A stretch of 59,098 nt of DNA, the filler included. It is 4 parts of 4 records of this genome, joined end to end, with 100 filler letters (N's around TTAATTAATTAA, not from the genome) between each part and the next. Parts side by side here need not be neighbours in the genome. Positions count along the whole stretch, not along the records: positions 24,545 to 36,468 come from SRR31156797_6705; 3 more parts are not named here. One strand, 5' to 3'. A program made the translations under genes and the position numbers. The number at the start of each line of letters is the position of its first letter. Within the stretch, counting starts at the first letter, position 1. The notes below the pieces were generated by a model, which saw only the letters and a program-made list of their open reading frames with translations, was not told the origin of the DNA and did no database searches. Below, one piece after another: positions 26,716 to 36,568 of this stretch.

Positions 26716-27490
26716 GGGTGGAAAGCGCCCTGAATGTGAGAAAAGAAAGATTCCTGGCCTGCCGGAACCGGTCCAGGAGCCGGTCCAGGCATTCAAACGC
26801 CGTCGGATTCATTCGCCTGTGATGGATCATGATGCCGCAGACACCTGTGCCCAAAGTCTTTTCCAGCTCCAGGGATAGCTGAACCCTGCCCTGCCGGGCA
26901 TCGTCGTCTTTGCGGGTGTGCAGGTCCACATGGACGGGGAATTCAGGCAGTTCCGCCTGTGAAGAGGCGCCGATATCCCTGGAAACGGCGACAAAATCTA
27001 ATCGTTTAAGATGATCAAGGGTGCGGCTGTCGCACCGGTTCCACGGTGGCGTGAATGCCCGGAAAAAATGCGCTCCCAGAAGCCTTTCCATTTTCCGGGC
27101 ACCTGATTCCAGATCGAACAGGATGTCATGATCCTGTCGCCCGGGTCCGAATTCCTGGCTTTTTCCCTGGATTTCATGGTTGACATGCCGCCATCCATGC
27201 TGGTGCCAGCAGAACAATGAGCCTGCCTTTCCCGCTTCCGTCGCCAAGGCCTGCCAGCGGTCAGGACTGAGCCAGGCAGGTACAACTGCGATATTCAACG
27301 GCATTTCGTGGGCCTGGAAAAGCCGGACCAGTCGGTTCCAATTCCGCCCCGGCACGCCGGCATCATCTGCCCGAAAATATACCACACAACCAGGATTTTT
27401 TTCCAGTGACGCATCAAGGCGCCGGCTGAATTTGTTCAGATGTTGGGGGGTCATGTCCCTATAAATCCGGGAGGGTTGTGGATGATTCAT
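26705..27490 (-). CDS. Polysaccharide deacetylase-like (CE4/NodB-fold) protein
   Basis: FRADDAG, HQHGWRHVNH, FTPPWNR, GIMIHH motifs. Confidence 0.8.
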   Translation of the reverse strand: MNHPQPSRIYRDMTPQHLNKFSRRLDASLEKNPGCVVYFRADDAGVPGRNWNRLVRLFQAHEMPLNIAVVPAWLSPDRWQALATEAGKAGSLFCWHQHGWRHVNHEIQGKSQEFGPGRQDHDILFDLESGARKMERLLGAHFFRAFTPPWNRCDSRTLDHLKRLDFVAVSRDIGASSQAELPEFPVHVDLHTRKDDDARQGRVQLSLELEKTLGTGVCGIMIHHRRMNPTAFECLDRLLDRFRQARNLSFLTFRALSTHGN

Positions 27491-28629
27491 GACGGGTCTC
27501 CCATGATCAGCCGGGCAGCCGCGGCAGCCCCGTCCAGGTCAGGCCGGCTCCACCTTGCATGGGTGTCTGCCAGCATGTTTTTCATGCACCGGGCCAGCCG
27601 GTCCGGAGAAAGATCCCGGGCATCAAGGGCCTGGATGCCCGAGGCCGATCCAAGGGTACGGATTCTCAATCCCTGTTCCCTATTCTGCTTAAACGGCAGG
27701 GCCAGGCAGGGAGTTCGGGCGGCCAGACAGTTCATGAGAGTGTTGTACCCGCCCATGCTGACGACCAGATCAGCGGCAGCCAGAAGAGTCACAAACTCAT
27801 GAAAAAAACGAAACACGCTGAGGCCGGCCCCGGACTGAGTCGCAAGTTCCCGGCGGACCTGTTTTTCCATATAAGGGCCGGTCACCAGGACGGTTTTACT
27901 CTCAGGGCCCAGGCGGGGTGAGGCCGCAGCAACGGCCCTGAGCAGCGTCTCACCCACGCTGCCGCTGCCTGCGCCTGCCACGATCAGGGGACCTGCACAA
28001 CCGTTTAATAGTTTCTTCCGGATAGCACGAGCCCGAATCCTGTCAGGGAAAGGGGTGACAAAGCCGGTATAGGCAATGGTAATCCGGATGGCGCCCACGG
28101 CTAAAAAGGTTTGGTCAAGGCGAATCAGATCCGGATCAGAATGGATCAGGACCAGGTTGAAGTATCGGTTGAGACGCTTTACCACCCAGTTTTCATAAGC
28201 TGCCGTGTCCTGCTTTTCCACAAGAATATCCCTGACACTGCAGACCACCCGGCAGTCCGGGGATTTAGAGAGCTTTTCCAGCACAGGTTCCAGTTCAAAG
28301 GAAAAGGCTTTCCTGCCAAAGGGATACAGCTCCGCGACAAAAACATCGGGCTGTTCCGCTTCCACTATGCCCATGAGCGCATCCCTGCGCAGTATCTTGA
28401 CCTGGTTTACGTCTTTTCCCGGCACCAGGCTGTACAACCCTGAAAACGCCTTGTCCATCATCAGGCCGGGTAGACGGACCTGGCGGATGTTCATAGGAAT
28501 CGCAGCCGGAAGGTCTCCGCCGCCGGTGACCAGGACAATGTCATGGCCTTCCAATGCCCTGGCAATCTCCAGGGTACGAAAAAAATGGCCCATGCCCAAA
28601 ACATGCTGACAGTAAATGAGTATTTTCAT
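27487..28629 (-). CDS. GT-B glycosyltransferase (GT28 C-terminal-like)
   Basis: MKILIYCQHVLGMGHFFR, ELYPFGR, ADLVVSMGGYNT, EQ..R; ATGA-coupled start at 28629. Confidence 0.85.
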   Translation of the reverse strand: MKILIYCQHVLGMGHFFRTLEIARALEGHDIVLVTGGGDLPAAIPMNIRQVRLPGLMMDKAFSGLYSLVPGKDVNQVKILRRDALMGIVEAEQPDVFVAELYPFGRKAFSFELEPVLEKLSKSPDCRVVCSVRDILVEKQDTAAYENWVVKRLNRYFNLVLIHSDPDLIRLDQTFLAVGAIRITIAYTGFVTPFPDRIRARAIRKKLLNGCAGPLIVAGAGSGSVGETLLRAVAAASPRLGPESKTVLVTGPYMEKQVRRELATQSGAGLSVFRFFHEFVTLLAAADLVVSMGGYNTLMNCLAARTPCLALPFKQNREQGLRIRTLGSASGIQALDARDLSPDRLARCMKNMLADTHARWSRPDLDGAAAAARLIMGDPS

Positions 28630-29237
28630 TTTTCCCCCGCCTTTCCGGTTGCAGAATCCAGAGCCAGGGCATTGGGTACGATCTCGGCCAGGTCCCGGGT
28701 AACCCAATGGAGCCGGCCGGGCAGAATTTTCGGTGTACTGCCGGGCATAAAGTCCAGTCCCAGTCCGTGGTATACCAGGGCCTTGATAACTGAGTTATGT
28801 GTGATGACCAAAAGCTTTTGGGATGGCAGTGCATCCATGGCTGCCAGGACCCTTGGCAAAACTTGAGACCGGGATTCGCCGCCGGCTGGTGTAAACGACC
28901 ACCCCCTTTGTTCCTGGCAATGGGGTTCAGCGGGATCGGCTATCCGGATTTCCGCCAGGGTTTTCCCCTCCCATTTCCCAAAATCCTGTTCCTGCAGGCC
29001 GGGTTGTGGGGTCACACCAAGGCCCAAGGCACGGCCGATGATCTCTCCTGTTTCCCGGGCCCGTTTCATAGTGCTTGTGACAATCCCCTCAAATCCCAAG
29101 CTGGACAACTGACCGGCCCAGTCCAGTGCCAGATCCTTGCCGCTGGGGCTTAAGGGTATATCTTGCCGACCCTGGAAACGTTTATCCAGGTTCCACTGCG
29201 TGGGGGCGTGGCGCATAATCCCAAACCTTTGTGTCAT
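28626..29237 (-). CDS. Histidine phosphatase (phosphoglycerate mutase family)
   Basis: RHAPTQWN..RFQG..DIPLS, LQEQDFGKWEG, GGES, VITH. Confidence 0.9.
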   Translation of the reverse strand: MTQRFGIMRHAPTQWNLDKRFQGRQDIPLSPSGKDLALDWAGQLSSLGFEGIVTSTMKRARETGEIIGRALGLGVTPQPGLQEQDFGKWEGKTLAEIRIADPAEPHCQEQRGWSFTPAGGESRSQVLPRVLAAMDALPSQKLLVITHNSVIKALVYHGLGLDFMPGSTPKILPGRLHWVTRDLAEIVPNALALDSATGKAGEK

Positions 29238-30316
29238 AACATCACTTCCGACAGGGTCTTGGCCAGAACGCTGCGGGTTGAATTGATATCGTGGTGCATC
29301 CGGGTATTTTCCACTGCCCTGCGACCCATTAGTTCTGAAAGTATCGGATCGTCTATCAATTTACCCAGAGCCCGGGAAAAGGCCTGGGTATCAAAGCACG
29401 GGACCAGGAATCCGGTTTTGCCGGAGACTACGATATCAGCGATGCCGCCGGTATCAAAGGCCACCACCGGCAGCCCGCATGCCTGTGCTTCCAGGAACAC
29501 CATACCCAGAGACTCCCGGATACCGGGAAAGGCAAAAATGTGGCCGGACCTGTAAAACTCCGGCATGGCCCGGCTGGAAACCAAGCCTGCGAATTTATGG
29601 CGGCCGGGTAAATATTTCCGGGCACAGGCCCGGATTTGAGGTGCCATGGGACCGTGTCCGGCGATTTTCAAAATAAATTCTCCCCCCTGGGCGACCAGAT
29701 CTGCGCAGCATTTAATCAGCCAGACGAGCCCCAGGGTTTTCACATCAGGCCTGAACATGGCCGCTGTGAGAATCACCGTCTCTTCCTCCCCTTTATGCCG
29801 GGCCGGGGAAAACCGGGCAAGCTCCAGGCCGGGACGCACATACCGCAGCCGGGCCGGGGGTATGATCCGCTTCAGGTTTTTATAATCCCGGCGACTGTTG
29901 GCAAGCACAGCATTGGCCCGTGAAAGGGCAAACCGGTTAAGTGCATACCCCGGCAAGGTGTTAAACCGTCTTTTCCGCTTGGATGCATAGCTGGCGGAAA
30001 AGACCAGGTAAGGAATGTTGAGAAGGCAGCACACCAGGGGCCCCAGGATGTCAGGTGACTTGTAATAGCAATGGTAAGTGACCCAGGCATCCGGGCGGTT
30101 CCGGTAATACCTGGACAGACATCGGACAAAATCCCGGGTAAGAGCCGGCCATTTCAGGGGCGACCAAAAGATCCAGCGCATCCGCAGCCGACTGGGAATA
30201 TCTATGTCATGGTTTAAACGTTGAAGACAGGCAATTAGTCCCCTGGCAATGGCCCTGTCCCCAGAGGCATTGGGATGGTCATGGGGTTTGAAAGGGGCGT
30301 AAAATACAAGTTTCAT
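29234..30316 (-). CDS. Glycosyltransferase family 4
   Basis: FYAPFKPHDHPNASGDR N-terminus; ESLGMVFLEAQACGLPVV. Confidence 0.9.
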   Translation of the reverse strand: MKLVFYAPFKPHDHPNASGDRAIARGLIACLQRLNHDIDIPSRLRMRWIFWSPLKWPALTRDFVRCLSRYYRNRPDAWVTYHCYYKSPDILGPLVCCLLNIPYLVFSASYASKRKRRFNTLPGYALNRFALSRANAVLANSRRDYKNLKRIIPPARLRYVRPGLELARFSPARHKGEEETVILTAAMFRPDVKTLGLVWLIKCCADLVAQGGEFILKIAGHGPMAPQIRACARKYLPGRHKFAGLVSSRAMPEFYRSGHIFAFPGIRESLGMVFLEAQACGLPVVAFDTGGIADIVVSGKTGFLVPCFDTQAFSRALGKLIDDPILSELMGRRAVENTRMHHDINSTRSVLAKTLSEVML

Positions 30317-31542
30317 TTAATGCCCATCCCGGTTTTATATACTGCTGCCAGATCCTTGATCAGTTTTTTTCGATCGAAGCATTCCCTCACTCTTTTCCGG
30401 GCTCCCTGAATAAGCCGTTCCCGAAGGTCCGGATCTTCGATGAGTTTTTCTGCCGCAAGGGCCAGGGCCGAAGGATCCTCCGGCGGCACCAGGATACCGC
30501 TTTTTCCATGGGCCACCAGCTCAGGTATCCCTGACACTCCCGGAAGGACCACGGGCACCCCCATGGCCATGGCCTCGGCCAGAACATTGGGAATCCCGTC
30601 TCTGTCTTTATTTGGCGCAATCCTGCATCCCAGCATGAAAAGGTCAGCCCCGGCATAATGGGAAATAACCCGTTCATGAGCCAGGGTACCCAGGAGCCGG
30701 ACATGGTCCGCAAGTCCCAGGGAGTCTATTAGTACTTCAAGTTCCCGGGTCAGCTCCCCTTCTCCAATCATGGTCAGACGAAAGGCAATCCCCTTGTCCC
30801 GAAGTTGAGCCATTGCGCGGATCACCAGGTCCAACCCTTTTTTGGGCACATGCCTGGCCACGGTAAGAATCTGGAATGGCGGGGCCGGGATTCGTCTTTC
30901 CCGGGATTTGAAAAAATCCTGGTCAATACCGTGGTACACACATTGGATCCGGGCCAGAGGACACAGGGATTTGAGCCGGGCCAGGTTGTATCGGGTGCAG
31001 GTAACGGCAAATGCGGCTATATCCAGTTTTTCCCCAAGCTGAGCCGGGTTCTGGGTATAAATATCCTTGGCATGGGCAAAGAATGAGAACGGCATGCCCG
31101 AAAGAATTCCGGAAAACAGAGCCACGGATGTAGGGGAATGGGCAAAGTGGGCATGAAAATGCAGGCGCCCTTCCCCTGGTACAAGGCTGTTCACCAGGAG
31201 CCCGGCCTGGAGCAAATGCTTAAACGTGGCAATTTTCCGGGAGCGGGTCCACCGCTTCAGGGCTAGGCCCAAAGCTTTGGCATAAAACTGCGGACGTCTC
31301 ATTGCCAACCGTAAATTATGGCGCAACAGCTTGGCCAAATTACCGGACAGGGAGGACGGCAGATAATCAACCCGTGCCCGGATCTGTTTCACATGGTCAT
31401 GGACAAAAGGTTCTCTGGGATGACGCATGGAGATGATGCGAATTTCAAACCCCATCTGTTCCAGCCCAAGGATTTCGGTGGAGATAAAGGTTTCCGATAT
31501 CCGGGGATATCCCTTGAGGATAAAAATAATTTCAGGCTTCAT
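30313..31542 (-). CDS. Glycosyltransferase family 4 (WcaL-like)
   Basis: KGYPRISETFI, HFHAHFAH, AHAKDIY, DRDGIPNVLAEAMAMG. Confidence 0.9.
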   Translation of the reverse strand: MKPEIIFILKGYPRISETFISTEILGLEQMGFEIRIISMRHPREPFVHDHVKQIRARVDYLPSSLSGNLAKLLRHNLRLAMRRPQFYAKALGLALKRWTRSRKIATFKHLLQAGLLVNSLVPGEGRLHFHAHFAHSPTSVALFSGILSGMPFSFFAHAKDIYTQNPAQLGEKLDIAAFAVTCTRYNLARLKSLCPLARIQCVYHGIDQDFFKSRERRIPAPPFQILTVARHVPKKGLDLVIRAMAQLRDKGIAFRLTMIGEGELTRELEVLIDSLGLADHVRLLGTLAHERVISHYAGADLFMLGCRIAPNKDRDGIPNVLAEAMAMGVPVVLPGVSGIPELVAHGKSGILVPPEDPSALALAAEKLIEDPDLRERLIQGARKRVRECFDRKKLIKDLAAVYKTGMGIK

Positions 31543-32705
31543 GGATGAAAAGCCTTTCTAAATTGTTCTACCTGCTCCTGGATCACCCGGATTCCGGTCA
31601 TATCAAACCCGGCCATGACCTGTTGCCTTTCCCGGGTCCGGTCCAGCAGATTGATCAACGCATCCCCAAAGCGCTGTGGCGTAAGATCCCGGGGCGGGAT
31701 ATAATCAACCAAACCATGGGCTGACAGGCATTCTGCCCGGATTAACTGCTCTTTACGGGGTCGATCCCGGGGCACCACCAGAGCCGGGGTGCTGCAGGAC
31801 AACGCCTCGCACAGAGTATTATAACCGCCCATACATACCAGGAGATCGGCAGATCTGATACGGGTTTCCATATCCGTACAAAACCCTTGTGTGGGGATGT
31901 TCAGAGCCTGAGCCCGTTTCTTCAGGGCGTCCTGCTCCTTTTCCCCAAGGAAGGGGCCGAGTACCATGCGGGCGCAGATTTCAGTCGGTCGCCGGGATTC
32001 ATACCAGGCCAGGAAGGAGTCAAACAGGGCAAATCCGTCTTTGCCGCCGCCGGCCGTGACCAGGACCTGTTTCTTACCCTTTGGACTGTCACCCCCTTGG
32101 CTGATATGGCGCGCCAGATAGCCGGTGAAGCGAATTTTTGGGATCAGCCCGGTGGGAATTCCATACTCAGTCACGGGATCGTAAATCTCCTGGTTTCCAT
32201 ATACCCAGATGTGGGCGTAATATGCCTCCAGGGCGGAAAACAGGTTCTGCCGTTTCCAACTGGCCCGGACGGTTTGTGCCTCATCCATTACATCCCGCAG
32301 ACCCAGAACGGTCCGCGTCCAGGGCAGGTTCTCCCTGATCCAGCCAAGGGCCGGTACAATCTCTTTTTTAAGGCCCAGAGGGGCCTTGTCTACGATGAAA
32401 AGATCCGGGCTGAAAGTTTTGACCACAGACAGGATGATCTCCTTGCGTATGGCCAGAACCTGATCCGGAGCCAGGCGGACGGCCATGGGCTCATAACGGT
32501 CCCGGTCGGTCTTGATCATCCCGGGAATACGGACATAATCAATGCCCCGCGGGAAACGAAACTGCCCGGTGAGGGGGGAGCCCGTAATTATGAGGATGTC
32601 AACATCCTGCCGATTCAGAGCCCGGGCTATGGTGAGGGTCCGCCGGATATGCCCCAGACCATAGGTGTCGTGGGAGTACATCAGGATCTTGTAATCAGCC
32701 GCCAT
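31539..32705 (-). CDS. GT-B glycosyltransferase (GT28 C-terminal-like)
   Basis: MYSHDTYGLGHIRR, VTAGGGKDG, CMGGYNT, PR...RKEQLIRA. Confidence 0.85.
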   Translation of the reverse strand: MAADYKILMYSHDTYGLGHIRRTLTIARALNRQDVDILIITGSPLTGQFRFPRGIDYVRIPGMIKTDRDRYEPMAVRLAPDQVLAIRKEIILSVVKTFSPDLFIVDKAPLGLKKEIVPALGWIRENLPWTRTVLGLRDVMDEAQTVRASWKRQNLFSALEAYYAHIWVYGNQEIYDPVTEYGIPTGLIPKIRFTGYLARHISQGGDSPKGKKQVLVTAGGGKDGFALFDSFLAWYESRRPTEICARMVLGPFLGEKEQDALKKRAQALNIPTQGFCTDMETRIRSADLLVCMGGYNTLCEALSCSTPALVVPRDRPRKEQLIRAECLSAHGLVDYIPPRDLTPQRFGDALINLLDRTRERQQVMAGFDMTGIRVIQEQVEQFRKAFHP

Positions 32706-32713
32706 TATGCCCT

Positions 32714-33436
32714 TTATTGGGGGGTACCCACGAGGTTAGACCCGCTGCTACAACCGCTGGACCCCATTCTAGTTTTCTCAGGTTTAGCCAGAGCCGTAAA
32801 CACCAGGGTAACCTTAGCATGTGAGGGTTTTTCCGCCTCTTCCGGCGCCAGGGGACTAACCTTCCAGGCACCTGAAAGATATTGGATAATGTGATCCATG
32901 ACCTGAAAACTGTGCCCACAGGGTTCAGGGCAGTTATACAGTTCGGCCAGTCGGGAGGCTGTGGTCTTGAGATCTTTGTTGAGGTAGTAGGACCGCCGCA
33001 CAGTAATCACCAGCATGGTATGCGACCAGGCGGCCATCCCGTCCAGCAGACGGTTTAGCTTTCCTGATGCCACGGTTTTTTTACCGATGGTGTCGATAAG
33101 CATGGCAATATCGTAAGGTCGGTCCGGCCGATCCAGAATGTTACGGCAGAAAAATTTAGCCTTTGAATTCCGGACCTGGCTGATGGCATTGGCCGCCCGG
33201 ATCACTGCCGGGTTCGCGTCAACTCCGTAAACCTCGGCAGCTCCCTCGTCCAAAGCCTGGAAAGAGAAATAGCCCAGGTTGCATCCCAGGTCGGCAACAC
33301 GCTTTCCCTTGAAATCAATTCCGGACGGGCTGGCCAGCCCGTCTTCCTCATACCCCATCCCGGCCAGGGCCACCTGTCCGGATTCATCTTTCACCGGACG
33401 CCACACCTGGTTCGGAGCAAGGTCTTTGGGAATCAT
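32714..33436 (-). CDS. Class I SAM-dependent methyltransferase
   Basis: DFKGKRVADLGCNLGYFS...VYGVD motifs I/II. Confidence 0.85.
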   Translation of the reverse strand: MIPKDLAPNQVWRPVKDESGQVALAGMGYEEDGLASPSGIDFKGKRVADLGCNLGYFSFQALDEGAAEVYGVDANPAVIRAANAISQVRNSKAKFFCRNILDRPDRPYDIAMLIDTIGKKTVASGKLNRLLDGMAAWSHTMLVITVRRSYYLNKDLKTTASRLAELYNCPEPCGHSFQVMDHIIQYLSGAWKVSPLAPEEAEKPSHAKVTLVFTALAKPEKTRMGSSGCSSGSNLVGTPQ

Positions 33437-35499
33437 GAATTCCTCCCGGGTTCGGCATTCTGAAAATCCGACATCATGGAATAAAACCTGCCCTCCCGGG
33501 CCATCAGTCCGTCATAGTTGCCCCACTCCACCAATCTGCCCTGGTGCAAGACACCGATGCAATCGTATTGGCGGATATGAGAGAAGTTGTGCTCCACCGC
33601 CACCACAGTGCAACTACCCCGCAAATGGGTGAGGTTGTAAAAAATCCGCTGCCTCAGTCCCGTGTCCAGGCCGGACCCCATCTCGTCCAGAAGCAGAACC
33701 TCAGGCTGTTTCAGGAAAGCAGCAGCCAGGGCCAGACGCTGGCGTTGTCCCCCGGAGAGCCTCTCTCCACGGTAGCCCACCTGGAAGTCCAGACCTGCTT
33801 GAATAATGATTTCCAGCAGATCATGGCTCATGAGCAGGGGCACCAGCTTAGGCAGCCAGTTCATAACAGCGGTTGCATCCATGACGGTAGGCTTACCCCC
33901 CAAAATCTGTTCAAGCAAAGTGAATTTCCTCAGATCCGTATTTTTTGGAAAAAACCGAATCTGTTCCCAGAGTTCTTGTGGCAGGTTTTCCCGGACCATT
34001 GCCCGCATTTGGTCCAGTCCGTGTTCGCCTGTTTCGTAAAATTCCGGTTGGGGTACCCGGGTCAGGCCAAACAGCAGCAAATCCGGATAAAGCCCGGCCT
34101 GCTGGAGAGCTATAATCATATCATCCTGATTCGGAGAATTCGCCTCCCGACCGGTGCCTGAGGCCTCTAAAGGATACAGCATATTCTCCCTGAGGCTGCC
34201 GTCAAATATATAGGGAAACTGTGAAACCACTCCCATGGAAGGAGCCAGGTCAGGGCTGTTCAGTTCGTTGATGTTTTTGCCGTCTGCCAGGATTGCCCCC
34301 TCATATTGACGAATTTTCCCCGCCAGGCAATTCAGAAGACTGGATTTCCCGCAGCCTGACCGCCCGACCAAGGCCACCATCTCTCCCGCCTTGATACTCA
34401 GGCTGATATTGTTCAGAACCCGGGTGTTGTCCGAATATACCAGGCCCAGATTTTTGATCTCGATGTTGCCTTTTACCGGCTCAAATTGCTCCCGGGCCGG
34501 AATATCGCTCTGGGCCGGGGGCTCATCAAAAAAAGACTGAACCTTACTGTACTGGACCCTGGCGTCTTGCTGGACCTGGATATAGGCCATAAGTTCGGTC
34601 CATGGGGTGAACATCAGGGCCTGGGCAGACAGGAAGGCCACCAGCTCCCCCATGTCCAGACTGCCTTTCACCGTAAAATATCCCCCGGTCAGAAAGATGA
34701 AAAAGGGACTCAGGTTGATGAAAAAATTGGTCACTGCCTTATATCCCAGTTTTGACAGCCGCCACCTGATCCGAACCCGTCTCAAACGGGACGTCCTGTC
34801 TGAAAAAGCAGCTTTTTCAATGCCGTATCCGCTGTGGGCCTGGATATCGTCGATCCCGGAAAATGTCTCCGTGATCTTCCCGTTCAGCTCCTGGCCCAGG
34901 GTCAACCGCTCCCGGTTGGCCCGGTTCGTCAGGGACTGAATCCGGGGCAGCAGCACCAGGGCCAAAGGATAGACACACAGGGAAAACAGGGCCAGCAACG
35001 GGTTGATAAATGCCAGGTAGCCTCCCAGTATCAACAGGGTGAGAATATTTGTCAGGGGCACGGCCCAGGCGTTTCCCAGGTAGTCCCCCACCGGCCCCAG
35101 CTGGTTAATCAGGGGTGCGGGTATGGCCCCCGGGCTGTGCTTGATATAAAACGACCAGGGCAGAGTCAGGGCATGCCGGAAAAATGCGTTTCGCATCCGA
35201 CTCAGTATCTTCTCTCCCACAAGGCTCTGAAGAAAGAGCACGCCGTATTTCAACCCCAGCCCAGCAAGTGCGGAAGCAAGGAACCCTGCACAGTAGAGAT
35301 ACAGCAGGTCGAGATCTTTGTCCTGGATGGCCTCATTCACAATGCGCTTTTGGAAGTCAATGGGGAGAATCCGGATGCCCGCCGACAGGATGGAGGCCAG
35401 GAAAAGCCCGGCCTGGAGTTTGAGATCCCCCTCCAGGGACCAGGATAAAAGCGTCCGCCGTACAGGTGTTTTTTCAGAAGGAGATATCACTGCACACAT
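33433..35499 (-). CDS. ABC exporter, fused TMD + NBD, with an insertion in the NBD
   Basis: TM segments; Walker A GRSGCGKS, LSGGQRQR, LLLDE. Start likely at 35499 or GTG 35490, after the FkbM stop. Confidence 0.9.
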   Translation of the reverse strand: MCAVISPSEKTPVRRTLLSWSLEGDLKLQAGLFLASILSAGIRILPIDFQKRIVNEAIQDKDLDLLYLYCAGFLASALAGLGLKYGVLFLQSLVGEKILSRMRNAFFRHALTLPWSFYIKHSPGAIPAPLINQLGPVGDYLGNAWAVPLTNILTLLILGGYLAFINPLLALFSLCVYPLALVLLPRIQSLTNRANRERLTLGQELNGKITETFSGIDDIQAHSGYGIEKAAFSDRTSRLRRVRIRWRLSKLGYKAVTNFFINLSPFFIFLTGGYFTVKGSLDMGELVAFLSAQALMFTPWTELMAYIQVQQDARVQYSKVQSFFDEPPAQSDIPAREQFEPVKGNIEIKNLGLVYSDNTRVLNNISLSIKAGEMVALVGRSGCGKSSLLNCLAGKIRQYEGAILADGKNINELNSPDLAPSMGVVSQFPYIFDGSLRENMLYPLEASGTGREANSPNQDDMIIALQQAGLYPDLLLFGLTRVPQPEFYETGEHGLDQMRAMVRENLPQELWEQIRFFPKNTDLRKFTLLEQILGGKPTVMDATAVMNWLPKLVPLLMSHDLLEIIIQAGLDFQVGYRGERLSGGQRQRLALAAAFLKQPEVLLLDEMGSGLDTGLRQRIFYNLTHLRGSCTVVAVEHNFSHIRQYDCIGVLHQGRLVEWGNYDGLMAREGRFYSMMSDFQNAEPGRNS

Positions 35500-35501
35500 T
35501 C

Positions 35502-36152
35502 CTAAGTAAATCGTTTGTTTAAAAAAAGGACATCCCATACATCACCGCAGGCTGGCCTTTCCACGTGGCATTCCCTGTCTACACAGAGAAAACCCTGGTC
35601 CCTGAGCCTATATTCAAGATGACTTGCCGATGCCTGGCCTTTATATCGCAGAGTATGTGATAATTCAAGGATAAGGCCGTGAATTCGCCGTATGAACCCG
35701 CCGCTCCCCATGAGTGCGGCTTCCTCACTGCCCTGGACATCCAGTTTCAAAAGACCGGGTGGCCCATCCAACATCCCGTCCAGGCGCACCTGTTGTACCT
35801 CAATACGCTCCGCTTCAGCCCCCCGGTCCCCCAAGGCACGGCTCAGCTCCGGCAACGGCGGCAACAAAGAAGAATACGGATTGCCTTTTAAAATGCGTAA
35901 TGTCCGGACCTTGTCACACTCCCCCAGTGCCTTTTCATGAATGTGTACCCGGATGTCTTTGAATGCCTTCCTAAGCTTTCGCGCCCGTTTGGGAATCGGC
36001 TCAAACCCGTAAATCTCCCGGTCAGGGAAAAGGCGCTTGCAGATGCGGATAAACTCACCTTTGTAACAGCCGCCGTCCACCCAGGGACCGGGCATGGACG
36101 CAAGAATTTCCCTATTCCGGCCAATGAGAACTGACAAAGGGGAATCAGGCAT
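35502..36152 (-). CDS. FkbM-family methyltransferase
   Basis: VDGGCYKGEF, IYGFEP, ALG, RLD, LLKLDVQGSE. Confidence 0.88.
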   Translation of the reverse strand: MPDSPLSVLIGRNREILASMPGPWVDGGCYKGEFIRICKRLFPDREIYGFEPIPKRARKLRKAFKDIRVHIHEKALGECDKVRTLRILKGNPYSSLLPPLPELSRALGDRGAEAERIEVQQVRLDGMLDGPPGLLKLDVQGSEEAALMGSGGFIRRIHGLILELSHTLRYKGQASASHLEYRLRDQGFLCVDRECHVERPACGDVWDVLFLNKRFT

Positions 36153-36375
36153 GATGAGTCTTCAACACTTGTAAGATCATACCGGTATTGGAATTTTTTT
36201 TCTTTTTGCAAAGCGCCAATTTCCGGTTGGTCATATCGTCACTGTGTCGCTCACGACCCTCCGTCTTTAACCTGGCGCCGATCTCCATGGGCGCCGTGAC
36301 TCCGGCAGGACTGACATTTTCGGACACCATTGAAATGATGGAACCGAAAACCTTGATATCTCTCTGTTTTCCCAT
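36145..36375 (-). CDS. Possible small hypothetical protein
   Basis: 76-aa ORF whose stop overlaps the FkbM start; no recognisable motif. Confidence 0.25.
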   Translation of the reverse strand: MGKQRDIKVFGSIISMVSENVSPAGVTAPMEIGARLKTEGRERHSDDMTNRKLALCKKKKNSNTGMILQVLKTHHA

Positions 36376-36468
36376 ATAAATTAAAGCTCTATACCGGTTT
36401 CAACACGCAAATATAAAAAGGCTCTCCGAGCTTTTCCATGGTTGACACTCACCCTAATTTGTAATAAT

Positions 36469-36568
36469 NNNNNNNNNNNNNNNNNNNNNNNNNNNNNNNN
36501 NNNNNNNNNNNNTTAATTAATTAANNNNNNNNNNNNNNNNNNNNNNNNNNNNNNNNNNNNNNNNNNNN
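36469..36568. other. Artificial contig linker
   Basis: N run with TTAATTAATTAA. Confidence 0.98.

Noticed and set aside
31887-32894. 335-aa plus-strand ORF and other long antisense ORFs in contig 3
   Set aside because: Shadow ORFs opposite well-supported genes in GC-rich DNA; no motifs.
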